A stretch of DNA of 62,992 bases, counting the filler, from Stramenopiles sp. TOSAG23-6 (lineage: Eukaryota): NCBI GenBank assembly GCA_900128565.1. It is 9 parts of 9 records of this genome, joined end to end, with 100 filler letters (N's around TTAATTAATTAA, not from the genome) between each part and the next. Parts side by side here need not be neighbours in the genome. Positions count along the whole stretch, not along the records: positions 1 to 9,733 come from LT636355.1; positions 9,834 to 19,531 come from LT636356.1; 7 more parts are not named here. One strand, written 5' to 3'. Below the pieces are notes generated by a model. The model was not told the origin of the DNA and ran no database searches. It saw nothing but the letters and a program-made list of their open reading frames with translations. Of the stretch, positions 1-9,863 are shown one piece after another; positions within the stretch are counted from its first letter, which is position 1, and the number at the start of each line of letters is the position of its first letter. The position numbers and the translations under genes were made by a program.

Positions 1-2291
1 TTCGACCGTCTTCATCCCAATCCATGTGTTTTGGAAAAATATTTCAAAAAAAAAAAATCGTTAGGTACAAAATTTCGTACGAAAAAAAAACGAATTTGAA
101 AAAAAATTAAAACATACATCATCATTGCAGCAGCTTTTAGAACACCACCACCACCACCACCACCACTATCAGGAAATTGATCATCTTTTTTCACACCACT
201 AACATTTTGTAGAAACAAAAGTGGATGTATTGTGAAAAATATTGTTTTGTAAAAAAATCGTTAGGTACAAAATTCCGTACGAAAAAACTTAAATTTGAAA
301 TTCATTGTGAAAACGTACAATATCTCGATTCTCGCAAAGATTAACAAATTGAGCCCCTTTTCGAGCTCCTTGAGCACATAGCAATGTTTCACTATTTGCA
401 ATAATACCTACTGGGTTACCATTAATTTCAGAAAACCCAGTCATTAGAGAATTCCCATATGGATTATGAAAAAATATTTCAAAAACATCTAAAAAAAAAT
501 GTTACGTACAAAATTTTTTTACCAAAAAAAAAAAATACAAATTCGAAATTAAAATGAAAACGTACACTCGCCTTTACATTCTCGAAAAATAGAATCATCC
601 ACAATTCTACTAATTATTGCTTCCATTTCGGGTCTTTTAATTAAAGAAGAATCATTTGGTGGAATTAAATGTAGTAAATCTATAAGCTTTAATTTGGGTT
701 CTGTCACAGAATCTTTTCGCTTCCATAATTTTTGTATCTTTGAATCATATATTGTAAAAAAATATTTTTTTTCTTTAAGAAAAAAAAATTTAGGTACAAA
801 ATTACATACGAAAAAAAAAAAAAATTCAACATTCATGATGAAAACGTATGTAATTTGTTTCTTCAATCAGTTCTCGAACCATTCTCGAAGCATCTAACTC
901 ATCCACTGCCAATTGATCAGTTAAACCAGACCATGAACGGTAAAAAAAAACAATTTCAGAAAAACAAAAAAAATGTTAGGTACGAAATTTCGTATGAAAA
1001 AAAAAANAANTNAAANTNCATAATGAAAATGTACATGAGCAGTGAACGCGTGCACCACCTAAATCTTCGGCAGTTACAATTTCACCTGTAGCTGCTGCAA
1101 CTAGAGGAGGTCCACCTAAAAATATTGTGCCAATTTTGTCCACAATTATGTTTGCATCTGCCATGGCTGGGACGTATGTATTGTGAAAAAAAAATATATA
1201 TAAAAATCATTAGGTATAAAATTTGGTACGAAATATTTTTTTTCCAATTTTTTTTTTTCGAAAAAAAAAGTGAACCTACATGCCCCACCGGCAGTGCAAG
1301 AGCCTGAAACGACTGCAACAGACGGTATACCACGAGATGACATAATAGCTTCATTATAAAACACACGGCCTCCATGGATTATGAAAAAATATTTCAATAA
1401 AAATTCGTTAGGTACAAAATTTCGTACGAAAAAAAAATTCGAAATCGAAAAAAAAATAAAACAAACATGATCTCGGTCAGGAAATATATCTGCTTGGAGC
1501 GGAAGGAACGCTCCCCCCGAATCAACAAGATAGATGTTTTGAATGAAAATATTTCAAAAATTTGATTTTTTTTTTGTTAGGTACAAAATTAACTACGAAA
1601 AAAAATAAATTGAAATGATATAAATAAACATACATAACTGGTAAGTCATTTTCCATTGCGACTTCCTGTGCTCTGTTATTTATGAGATTTTAAGATGATT
1701 TGAGATTGTGAGTCACATGTGTAAAAATAGTAGTATGATACACTATATCACAAATATAGCAGAAATATTTCAGAAAATTGTACAAAGTATTAAAAAAAAA
1801 TGGATTGTGATGAAATACCGCAATTGTTTCTTTACCCCAATGGGGAAAAGAGTACCACCCTTTACCGTTGCATCATTCGCAATAATCATGCAATCTATGC
1901 CACTGACTTGACCAATACCAGCAACAACACCAGCAGAAGGAACTGTCATTCGTGGCTTTCCAGGTCCTTGTGAATATAACTCAAGTCCAGCCAAAGGTGC
2001 AAGCTCCAAGAATTCAGAATTTGCGTCTAGAACCATACGGATTCTATCACGAGGAAGAATTTTTTTGTTCTTCTTGACATGTCGTTCTATAGCTTTCTCT
2101 CCACCCCCGAGGAATGCCACATTAATATGTTTCGAAAGTTCCTCTTTCAAAGCTTTGTTTTTTTTTAAATTATCATTTTGTGAAACACAGTTTAGATCAA
2201 CCGCAGGACCACTTAAAACTTTAAAACGCGATGAAAACGTAGACGTCGAGAATCCACGAGTCAAACGAATCCTAACATTAATTCTCCACAT
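1..2291 (-). CDS. MCCC2: Methylcrotonyl-CoA carboxylase beta-type carboxyltransferase, 3'-truncated; exons 2291-1819, 1672-1634, 1533-1467, 1373-1280, 1175-1035, 932-850, 746-566, 458-319, 224-118, 23-<1
   Basis: The spliced translation gives [63 protein letters not shown] and IPLLFLQN. The N-terminus resembles a mitochondrial presequence. All exon phases are consistent. Confidence 0.9.
24..117 (-). mobile_element. Introner-like family intron, GT-AT, 94 nt
   Basis: AT|GTATGTTTT...TTTCGTACGAAATTTTGTACCTAAC...AAAACACAT|G. Confidence 0.8.
225..318 (-). mobile_element. Introner-like family intron, GT-AT, 94 nt
   Basis: Removal gives GAT ATT|CCA CTT (D-I-P-L-L-F-L-Q-N). Confidence 0.9.
459..565 (-). 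mobile_element. Introner-like family intron, GT-AT, 107 nt
   Basis: Removal gives GAG T|AT GGG (E-Y-G). An internal AG at 489-490 would also be in frame but would insert 10 aa. Confidence 0.8.
747..849 (-). mobile_element. Introner-like family intron, AT-AT variant, 103 nt
   Basis: TAC|ATACGTTTTC...ACAATATAT|GAT keeps the frame between the flanking exons. Confidence 0.75.
933..1034 (-). mobile_element. Introner-like family intron, GT-AT, 102 nt
   Basis: Removal gives VHCS-W-SGLTD. Confidence 0.85.
1176..1279 (-). mobile_element. Introner-like family intron, GT-AT, 104 nt
   Basis: Removal gives GCA T|AC GTC and restores TAGGAYVPAM. Confidence 0.9.
1374..1466 (-). mobile_element. Introner-like family intron, GT-AT, 93 nt
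   Basis: Removal gives CAT|GGA and restores [13 protein letters not shown]. Confidence 0.9.
1534..1633 (-). mobile_element. Introner-like family intron, GT-AT, 100 nt
   Basis: Removal gives AT|C and restores [11 protein letters not shown]. Confidence 0.9.
1673..1818 (-). other. Canonical GT-AG intron, 146 nt
   Basis: CG|GTATTT...AACAG|A restores KKQLRAQE. Confidence 0.85.
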
Positions 2292-2534
2292 TATATTTTG
2301 TTGTAGACTTAATAAAGTTGATGAATTATCAGTTAGTACATGACATTGTTTGATTTTATTCCATTAATGATTATTATGTTGGAAAAAAAGAACAAGACTT
2401 CAAAAAGTGCCTGATTGGCCAAAATTTGATTTGCCATCCATCAAATGATTCAAATCGGCAATCAGCGCTCACTCGCATCATCTCGATTAAACTACCTGAC
2501 CTCAGGCAACTAACAGCAGACATTCGCTTTTCTG

Positions 2535-5099
2535 ATGACGAATCCATGTAACTGCGCTAAATATATCGTTTACATTTGCATCTTTGTCTTGTTCAGTTCT
2601 ACCCACTCTATGCAGATCAATTCTACACAAGCAGACGCTGACGCGACCGCTGACGCCAGTGCTGGCCCAAGCGAGTCAATGTTGACACAGTTAGGTCTAC
2701 GGTTGGGTGTAGTTTCATATGTTAAGCAAGTCAAACCTGAAGAAGCCGAACCTGAACCCGAAGATCATGCTATCGAAGCAAAAGGAGTCTCGGTCGACAA
2801 TAATGAACATATTCTTCAAACTTTCATTAGTCTTTGCGTTAGAGTATCGTTGAGTCACTATGATGCATATAAGATTGAACCGGAAAAGTATGGATACACT
2901 CAACAAGACATGGTCTATGATGAGGAAGTAGATCTAGAAGCAAGTATCAGGCGTGACTGGTGGTACATTGTGGATAAGACTAGAAATGAATCTAATGGAA
3001 GCAAAATTAGAGAGAGAAAAGAAGCAAACGAAGACGTCATTTTTCCTCCGTGGATTGTAGCTCTTTTAGGTCCAATTAGAGGCCCCATAATGAGTCATTT
3101 CGTCAAAGAAATTCGAAACTTTGAACGTCTGGATGATCAAAAATTGGAAATACCTAGGCCAGTACTGGATAAAATCATTCCTTGGAGTATTGATCATCGC
3201 GCTGGAGTCTTCAATCGATCCGAACGCAGAGGTTTAGTCTTATGGACGGGTTACTCATCCAGTGGTTTAAAAGAGAGTCGGCGACATATGATGTACTTCA
3301 AAAGCTATATCAAACGCTTAGCTGAGTCAGGGGTTTTTGGGACGTACTTGTTTAATAATAATTTGGATGATCCTCATTATCATTCAACCCCGATGTCGTT
3401 AATCGCGAAGCATCCTGCAATTCAACGTTGGGGTCTAGGTCTTTCATGGATGCCAAGACCTAATGGTTCTACCCAGTTCTGGCATTATGTGAGCAGAGCA
3501 TTCATTGAAGGGACTGACACCACTAATGTGAAAGATGTTTTCATACAGATATTTCCGCGTCCGGATAAGGTTCTTGAAGAGACAATTCTCGTACGCTTCG
3601 AATTACCAGCGCTTGCCCGAAAAATTAATAAGGGGTACAAACCCAAAATCAAGATTGTCGTCTCATTGGATGAAGGTTCAACGGCAAAGCTCGAGTCTGG
3701 TGCAGAATTGAGTTTGGGAGATATTAGTGGATTCATCAAAAAGTGCATCATTGGGACAATAGAAAAGCTTCCTGTACCAGAAATTTCAAAGGAAGAAATA
3801 GATCAATTTTGGAATGAAAATGTCACAACTGTTGATGCAACATTTGACACATTAAATGCCATATGGGAAACAGGAGGATATCCTCCTGTGGCATCTCTGT
3901 TAAAGAAAGAGAGAGCTAAGGATAGAGAAGAACTAGTCAAAACTCTTTTCGAGCCTTCAATTGAGAAAATGACGCGTTTTGCAGGATGGCGTAAAAAAGA
4001 CAATATTCACTTAAAAATGGATATTGCAAAAGTGAATGATTATGTGACGACAGACGGTAGAGCTATTGAAGTGTTTGTCAATGAGTGCCGTACTCCATCT
4101 ACTCAAAGGATTGCAAATGTACGCAATCAGTCAGGCGAATTAATGGAGGTACTTGTTATAGTGAATGTTATGCCATGGTCGCTCGGATGGCGTGCATGGT
4201 ATGTGCTTGAAGATAGTGCTGGCTCATTGACACTATTTGAGTACTTTTTAGAAAATGATGCTGCTGTTCGTCAAAATATGGATCGAGGATATCTGCGTAT
4301 TGGCGATTTATTAATGGGTTCAGACAGTGTTCAAACGCATCTTTGGCAACCTGAACCGAAGCCTCTACCTCTCGATGACTATCTCAAAGGCGATGGCCTT
4401 TCTGAAAATCAATTTCTTGGCATATTTTCGAGTGTTTTGAAGTTTGCTCCAGGTAAATCGCTTTGGCGAAACCGAGCAAGGGAAGAGATTATACAGCTTG
4501 AATTTATTCTCAACGGGGAGTATTCAAAAATGTCTGCTGTAATTAACCCTGAATTAGATGAAACCTGCACTGTTGGTGATACCCTGCGCATGGTTGGTAA
4601 TGGGGGTGTGTTGCTACCAAGGGGTTCCAAAGGTGTTGTAATCATGGATGGCAACCAAACATATATTCGTTTTAATGATGTCAATAGTCAGGAACAAAAT
4701 GTTGTGGTTTCAACAAAAGAAAACTTCGACCAGACACTTTTCCAGAAAACGTTCGGATCATCTCGAAGCTTCAAAGTTACTCATTATGCACTTCGTATTG
4801 GACGTTGGAGTCCTGAGGCAAATTGGGATGCCTCGAAGACAGCGAATGTACAGTCAGATCTTGGAATGGATGAAAACAAACTGTTTCTCATCATTGCTTT
4901 ACGGTTACAAGTTGGTTGGAGGTTCATGTATTACAATGAAAAATGGAAACAGTTGCATGAGTATGAAGTAAACATGTCTTTTGATCATAATATGGGAGAT
5001 TTATTGAAGTCTGAAGTAATACCACTTGTAGGCTACCCTATTCATAGATGGCGCCATCGAGATGATTTTTATAGGACTGACCTCCCATGGCACTCATAG
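2535..5099 (+). CDS. Hypothetical protein, 854 aa, probable signal peptide, intronless
   Basis: Long open ORF with a hydrophobic N-terminal segment (YIVYICIFVLFSSTHS); no family recognised. Confidence 0.75.
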   Translation: MTNPCNCAKYIVYICIFVLFSSTHSMQINSTQADADATADASAGPSESMLTQLGLRLGVVSYVKQVKPEEAEPEPEDHAIEAKGVSVDNNEHILQTFISLCVRVSLSHYDAYKIEPEKYGYTQQDMVYDEEVDLEASIRRDWWYIVDKTRNESNGSKIRERKEANEDVIFPPWIVALLGPIRGPIMSHFVKEIRNFERLDDQKLEIPRPVLDKIIPWSIDHRAGVFNRSERRGLVLWTGYSSSGLKESRRHMMYFKSYIKRLAESGVFGTYLFNNNLDDPHYHSTPMSLIAKHPAIQRWGLGLSWMPRPNGSTQFWHYVSRAFIEGTDTTNVKDVFIQIFPRPDKVLEETILVRFELPALARKINKGYKPKIKIVVSLDEGSTAKLESGAELSLGDISGFIKKCIIGTIEKLPVPEISKEEIDQFWNENVTTVDATFDTLNAIWETGGYPPVASLLKKERAKDREELVKTLFEPSIEKMTRFAGWRKKDNIHLKMDIAKVNDYVTTDGRAIEVFVNECRTPSTQRIANVRNQSGELMEVLVIVNVMPWSLGWRAWYVLEDSAGSLTLFEYFLENDAAVRQNMDRGYLRIGDLLMGSDSVQTHLWQPEPKPLPLDDYLKGDGLSENQFLGIFSSVLKFAPGKSLWRNRAREEIIQLEFILNGEYSKMSAVINPELDETCTVGDTLRMVGNGGVLLPRGSKGVVIMDGNQTYIRFNDVNSQEQNVVVSTKENFDQTLFQKTFGSSRSFKVTHYALRIGRWSPEANWDASKTANVQSDLGMDENKLFLIIALRLQVGWRFMYYNEKWKQLHEYEVNMSFDHNMGDLLKSEVIPLVGYPIHRWRHRDDFYRTDLPWHS

Positions 5100-5104
5100 A
5101 TAAA

Positions 5105-5692
5105 TTATGATTTCTTTTTCTTCTTTTTCTTCTTCTTACGTCTTTTGAGGTGGTTTCGAGGTGGTGGTGTAAGGATAGTCACTTCTTCCATCTGAATCAC
5201 TCCATCAAACAATGAAAGAGGCTCAGGGGTAGATCCTTGTTCTGTTCCATCATGACCAAAATATTCATTGCTGAGTCGATTCATGGCGTCATTGCTAGTG
5301 GGAATTTCTTGATCTTTATCCATTTTTTCGTCTTGCTTCGCTGCTGCCAGGTATTCTGCAAACATTTTACGAGCCTCAAATGCATCTTCACCATCATTTT
5401 CCCTGTTTTGCTGCTTTGTTGTGGATATTGTCTCTGCTATTTTACTTTCCAACATTTTACGCACCTCAATTGCACCTTCATCTTCATTTTCCCTGTTTTG
5501 TTGCTCTCTTTTCGATATTGGCTCCGCTATTAAGTTTTTACTTTCTGATTCATCATCAGAACTTGCTTCAAATGGATACACATCTATATTTTGGGGTTTG
5601 CTTTTAACTCGGAAATAGCGTTCGCGTTTCACAATAATACAAAGAGAAATCACAATTAATGCAGGGACTATTGTCCATAAATAGGCCTTCAT
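5105..5692 (-). CDS. Hypothetical protein, 195 aa, N-terminal membrane anchor, internal duplication, basic tail
   Basis: ORF with a hydrophobic N-terminus and a twice-repeated IAE.IS...QQNREN..E.A.E.RKM segment. Confidence 0.6.
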   Translation of the reverse strand: MKAYLWTIVPALIVISLCIIVKRERYFRVKSKPQNIDVYPFEASSDDESESKNLIAEPISKREQQNRENEDEGAIEVRKMLESKIAETISTTKQQNRENDGEDAFEARKMFAEYLAAAKQDEKMDKDQEIPTSNDAMNRLSNEYFGHDGTEQGSTPEPLSLFDGVIQMEEVTILTPPPRNHLKRRKKKKKKKKKS

Positions 5693-5958
5693 GTGGAATT
5701 ATGATTTCCGTAAGTTTGTATTTGAAGTATTTATAATATGGTATCAATTTGCAAAAGTAGCAAATCTTGATAGCCAATAATGTGGCCAACGTGGCAACGT
5801 CAGATGTGACCGGGTCAATCTGCTATCAAGTTCTGATTCTGAACCAACCCACCAGTCCTATTAGAGCAAAGAAGCACTATAGCGATTCGCGATGAAGGAA
5901 TGACTCTTTGGAGGTTGTTCATTACTGGTAGTAATACTGGTTTAACTGTGTCTTTTGT

Positions 5959-6993
5959 ATGCCTAATATGAGTTATTTAAAAGGTGTGATGTTAATCTTT
6001 TGGGGTGTGGTCCTTAGTTTTCTGATAGTTTTGATAGTCTTTGTGCCTCAGAATTCTCCACTTCGTGGACTTCTCAATCACGGAAAAACCAGAGTTTTAA
6101 AGAGAACTATTGAACCCTCCATTCTATCACAATTTTTGAATATGAGTGTCAGCAAATGTTACTTTGCCCACTTTTACATATTTGGTATTGTCTGGCATAT
6201 TTGCGTCGTTGCTTGGTTTGTTCACTTAATCGTGACAACTCCTGGAAATTTATGTTCTGTAATGCTTAAAAGAGAATGCCTCTTTTCTATTTCGTTAGTG
6301 ATGATAAGTTATTTTCTTCATATTTTGCGAAGAGCTCTAGAAACAATTCCCATGATTAATGGATCTGTAGTTAATCTTAAACATGGAGAAATGCATATAT
6401 GCCATTATTGCTATGGTATGCTTTTTTATTTTGCTATGCCTCTTACTTACATTGCCCACCCTGAGTTGACACAGGAAATATTTAATACAAAAGAAAACGC
6501 GTCATGCAAATTTATAATGTATGAATTAATCTACAGTGTACAGATAAAGCATGTATTAGGCATACTTATGTTTTTTTATGCCAGTGTACATCAGTATCGG
6601 TGTCACAGAATTTTGTATAATATGAAAAAGTCAATGATTATCAAACGAGTTGAAAGAGGATACAAAAAATGTAGCCTTTTTTATGATATACAAGATCAGG
6701 AAACAACAATGAGTATACAAAGCAATACATTGAGCAAAATAGTATACAATAAGTATGCCATTCCTTTTGGTGACTGGTTTAGTTTGGTATCAAATCCTCA
6801 CTTTCTGGCTGAAATACTCATTTATCTTAGCCTCGCTGTTATAAGTCCGGGAAATTTGTGTGTGTGGTTAGCATTGGCTAGTGTAATATGTAATTTGACA
6901 TGCAGTGCGGCGCAAAACCACACCTGGTATAAGAATACTTTCAAAGAGCTTTATCCAAAGCACCGCCGAGCTTTAGTCCCACTTATATTTTAA
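5959..6993 (+). CDS. SRD5A3: Polyprenol reductase / steroid 5-alpha-reductase 3 family
   Basis: HGKT, FAHFY, RRALE, HQYRCH, IPFGDWFSLVSNPHFLAEILIY and YPKHRRALVP motifs; multiple transmembrane segments. Confidence 0.85.
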   Translation: MPNMSYLKGVMLIFWGVVLSFLIVLIVFVPQNSPLRGLLNHGKTRVLKRTIEPSILSQFLNMSVSKCYFAHFYIFGIVWHICVVAWFVHLIVTTPGNLCSVMLKRECLFSISLVMISYFLHILRRALETIPMINGSVVNLKHGEMHICHYCYGMLFYFAMPLTYIAHPELTQEIFNTKENASCKFIMYELIYSVQIKHVLGILMFFYASVHQYRCHRILYNMKKSMIIKRVERGYKKCSLFYDIQDQETTMSIQSNTLSKIVYNKYAIPFGDWFSLVSNPHFLAEILIYLSLAVISPGNLCVWLALASVICNLTCSAAQNHTWYKNTFKELYPKHRRALVPLIF

Positions 6994-7063
6994 ATAATTG
7001 TCTTGTTATTACGTTATTAAATTTTATAGTTATTAAAATATCAATGAAACATTCACTCATTTC

Positions 7064-7246
7064 TCAATCTTCATTTTCTTTGGTTTTATCTTGTTGTTTT
7101 AAAGCTTCTCGCTGTTTTTGTCGATCTTGGTCTATTTTTAACCACTTCCTTGTCTGTTCTTTAACCAGACCAGACCACAAATAATCCAAAGAAGCTAAAC
7201 CGGCAAAGGTTCCACCCATAACTCCAAACATTCCTAGTATTCTCAT
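7064..7246 (-). CDS. Possible small single-pass membrane protein, 60 aa
   Basis: ATG-initiated ORF with one hydrophobic stretch followed by a charged tail. Confidence 0.4.
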   Translation of the reverse strand: MRILGMFGVMGGTFAGLASLDYLWSGLVKEQTRKWLKIDQDRQKQREALKQQDKTKENED

Positions 7247-7613
7247 TTTATCTAATTATACTCTTTGATATATCACAATGAACTAATATTGCACACTTGT
7301 GGTACCTTAAACGCCGCTCTTCTTCTTTGTCAAACCACTTTGAGTTCTTTACAGAACCTGGTTGTGTGTGTGTGTGGCAGACTTGGACTTCGGTTCGGCG
7401 CAGTGATCAGGTATACGACGTGTCAAAATTTTATTTATGACACGTGGCGTGGCGAAATTGAAAATATTTGGCGCCGCGGGTTTGTTTATTCAATATTCAA
7501 TATAGATGAGATTAGAAGTATATTTTTTAAGGCAATTATAAACAGTAAAAATTTTTGACAATCATTTATAGTTATGTTATTATCTAATCAAACACTTATA
7601 CTTCATATTTTTT

Positions 7614-8288
7614 TTAACTCTTTTTAGAACCACCAAACGTCCCAAACCCCATCATTTTCATCATTTCTTCATCATCTTTTCCTCCAATATTCTTCAGTTC
7701 GTCTTTGGCCGCTTTTTCAGCAGCCTTTTTACGTTTTTTTTCTTCTTTCTTTTGTCGGCGAAGTTTCTCGCGTTCTTGAAGGCGAAGCCTCTGTTTTTCG
7801 TCAATATCGGAAAGGGTAACTTTTTTTTTGGGATTTTTTTTAATCTCCTCTTCTTCGCGCTTGCGCTTTGCATGGTGTTTGAACCGTTCTCGAACACTTT
7901 CTACGGTTGATCTCTCAGTACGCATAGTAAAACCAAGTTTTCTCTGATGTCTCCTACCATTAATATGACAAAGCCAAAAATGAGAGTCATGCAAAAGACA
8001 TTCGCACACTGGACACCAAAAACCGCCACCTTTCATTATAGGTGTATTGGCATTAACTAAAAGCGATTTATTCAAGTTCTTTTCTACATCTACTGCGTGT
8101 TTTCTTGGTTGCAAATATGCCCGTGTCGATCCAGCAGGTTTAGGGAGACCCTCCGCGGCGGCTACGAATATACTATTGCTCCCACTCTTCTTTGAGCTCT
8201 CCCGTTCTTTAGCCTTTTTTGCATATTCCTCTTTATCCCATGTACGCCGCTGAACATTCAAAGCCCCTTGTTTTTCTACTGATGCCAT
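7614..8288 (-). CDS. ZMAT2: Zinc finger matrin-type 2 / Snu23, spliceosomal B-complex protein
   Basis: RRTWDKEEY, CxxC...HINGRRHQ zinc finger, ERST..VRERF and C-terminal MMGFGTFG. Confidence 0.9.
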   Translation of the reverse strand: MASVEKQGALNVQRRTWDKEEYAKKAKERESSKKSGSNSIFVAAAEGLPKPAGSTRAYLQPRKHAVDVEKNLNKSLLVNANTPIMKGGGFWCPVCECLLHDSHFWLCHINGRRHQRKLGFTMRTERSTVESVRERFKHHAKRKREEEEIKKNPKKKVTLSDIDEKQRLRLQEREKLRRQKKEEKKRKKAAEKAAKDELKNIGGKDDEEMMKMMGFGTFGGSKKS

Positions 8289-8610
8289 CGTCGCTACAAT
8301 CGCTTAAAATCCTCGTGACTAAACTTGAAGCTAATGTTAATTAATTGTAGAAGGTGCAAATTTTCGTATTGTTGTCTCCCTTCCAAATCTGTGCACTCCT
8401 CGCTGTTAATGGTCCCAGGACTAGTACTGTAGTAATATGCTTCCAACTAGGTAGGACGAGATTTTTTTCGATTATTTTGAGTGTGTTTTTTGGAATAAAA
8501 TTCGAAATTTTCGATCCGAGGACAGGGAGGAGGCAGAATGTACCTACACACGTATACACCACGTATCTTCACGAACGAGGAGCATTACGTAGTGTAAACA
8601 CAAACAATAA

Positions 8611-9733
<1,123 letters not shown>

Positions 9734-9833
9734 NNNNNNNNNNNNNNNNNNNNNNNNNNNNNNNNNNNNNNNNNNNNTTAATTAATTAANNNNNNNNNNN
9801 NNNNNNNNNNNNNNNNNNNNNNNNNNNNNNNNN
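9734..9833. other. Artificial contig linker; also at 19532-19631, 29320-29419, 39100-39199, 48852-48951, 58596-58695, 60063-60162 and 61529-61628
   Basis: Identical 100-nt N-run/TTAATTAATTAA/N-run spacer with stops in all frames; contig lengths decrease in order. Confidence 0.97.
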
Positions 9834-9863
9834 TAGAAAACTATATTTATTTTTTTACAAAAA

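Noticed and set aside
12-218. Recurring peptides such as [19 protein letters not shown] and FFRTKFCT in many ORFs as a shared protein motif
   Set aside because: They are the three reading frames of the intron core.
24-1633. Family introns as U12-type (minor spliceosome) introns
   Set aside because: The 5' end is GTAYGT rather than RTATCCTT, and the branch-like motif is CCTAAC 30-45 nt from the end. This fits U2-type better, though a divergent minor system cannot be excluded without the snRNAs.
24-1633. Ciliate-style internal eliminated sequences or inactivating MITE insertions
   Set aside because: Strict sense orientation, donor-like and branch-like motifs, the standard genetic code and intact housekeeping exons favour RNA splicing.
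24-1633. CRISPR-like array of a repeated core with unique spacers
   Set aside because: The apparent spacers are in-frame exons of one eukaryotic gene, spacing is irregular, and no cas genes are present.
9734-9833. Recurring TTAATTAATTAA within N runs as a biological repeat
   Set aside because: It is an identical 100-nt all-frame-stop spacer between contigs, added in silico. Gene neighbourhoods across it were ignored.
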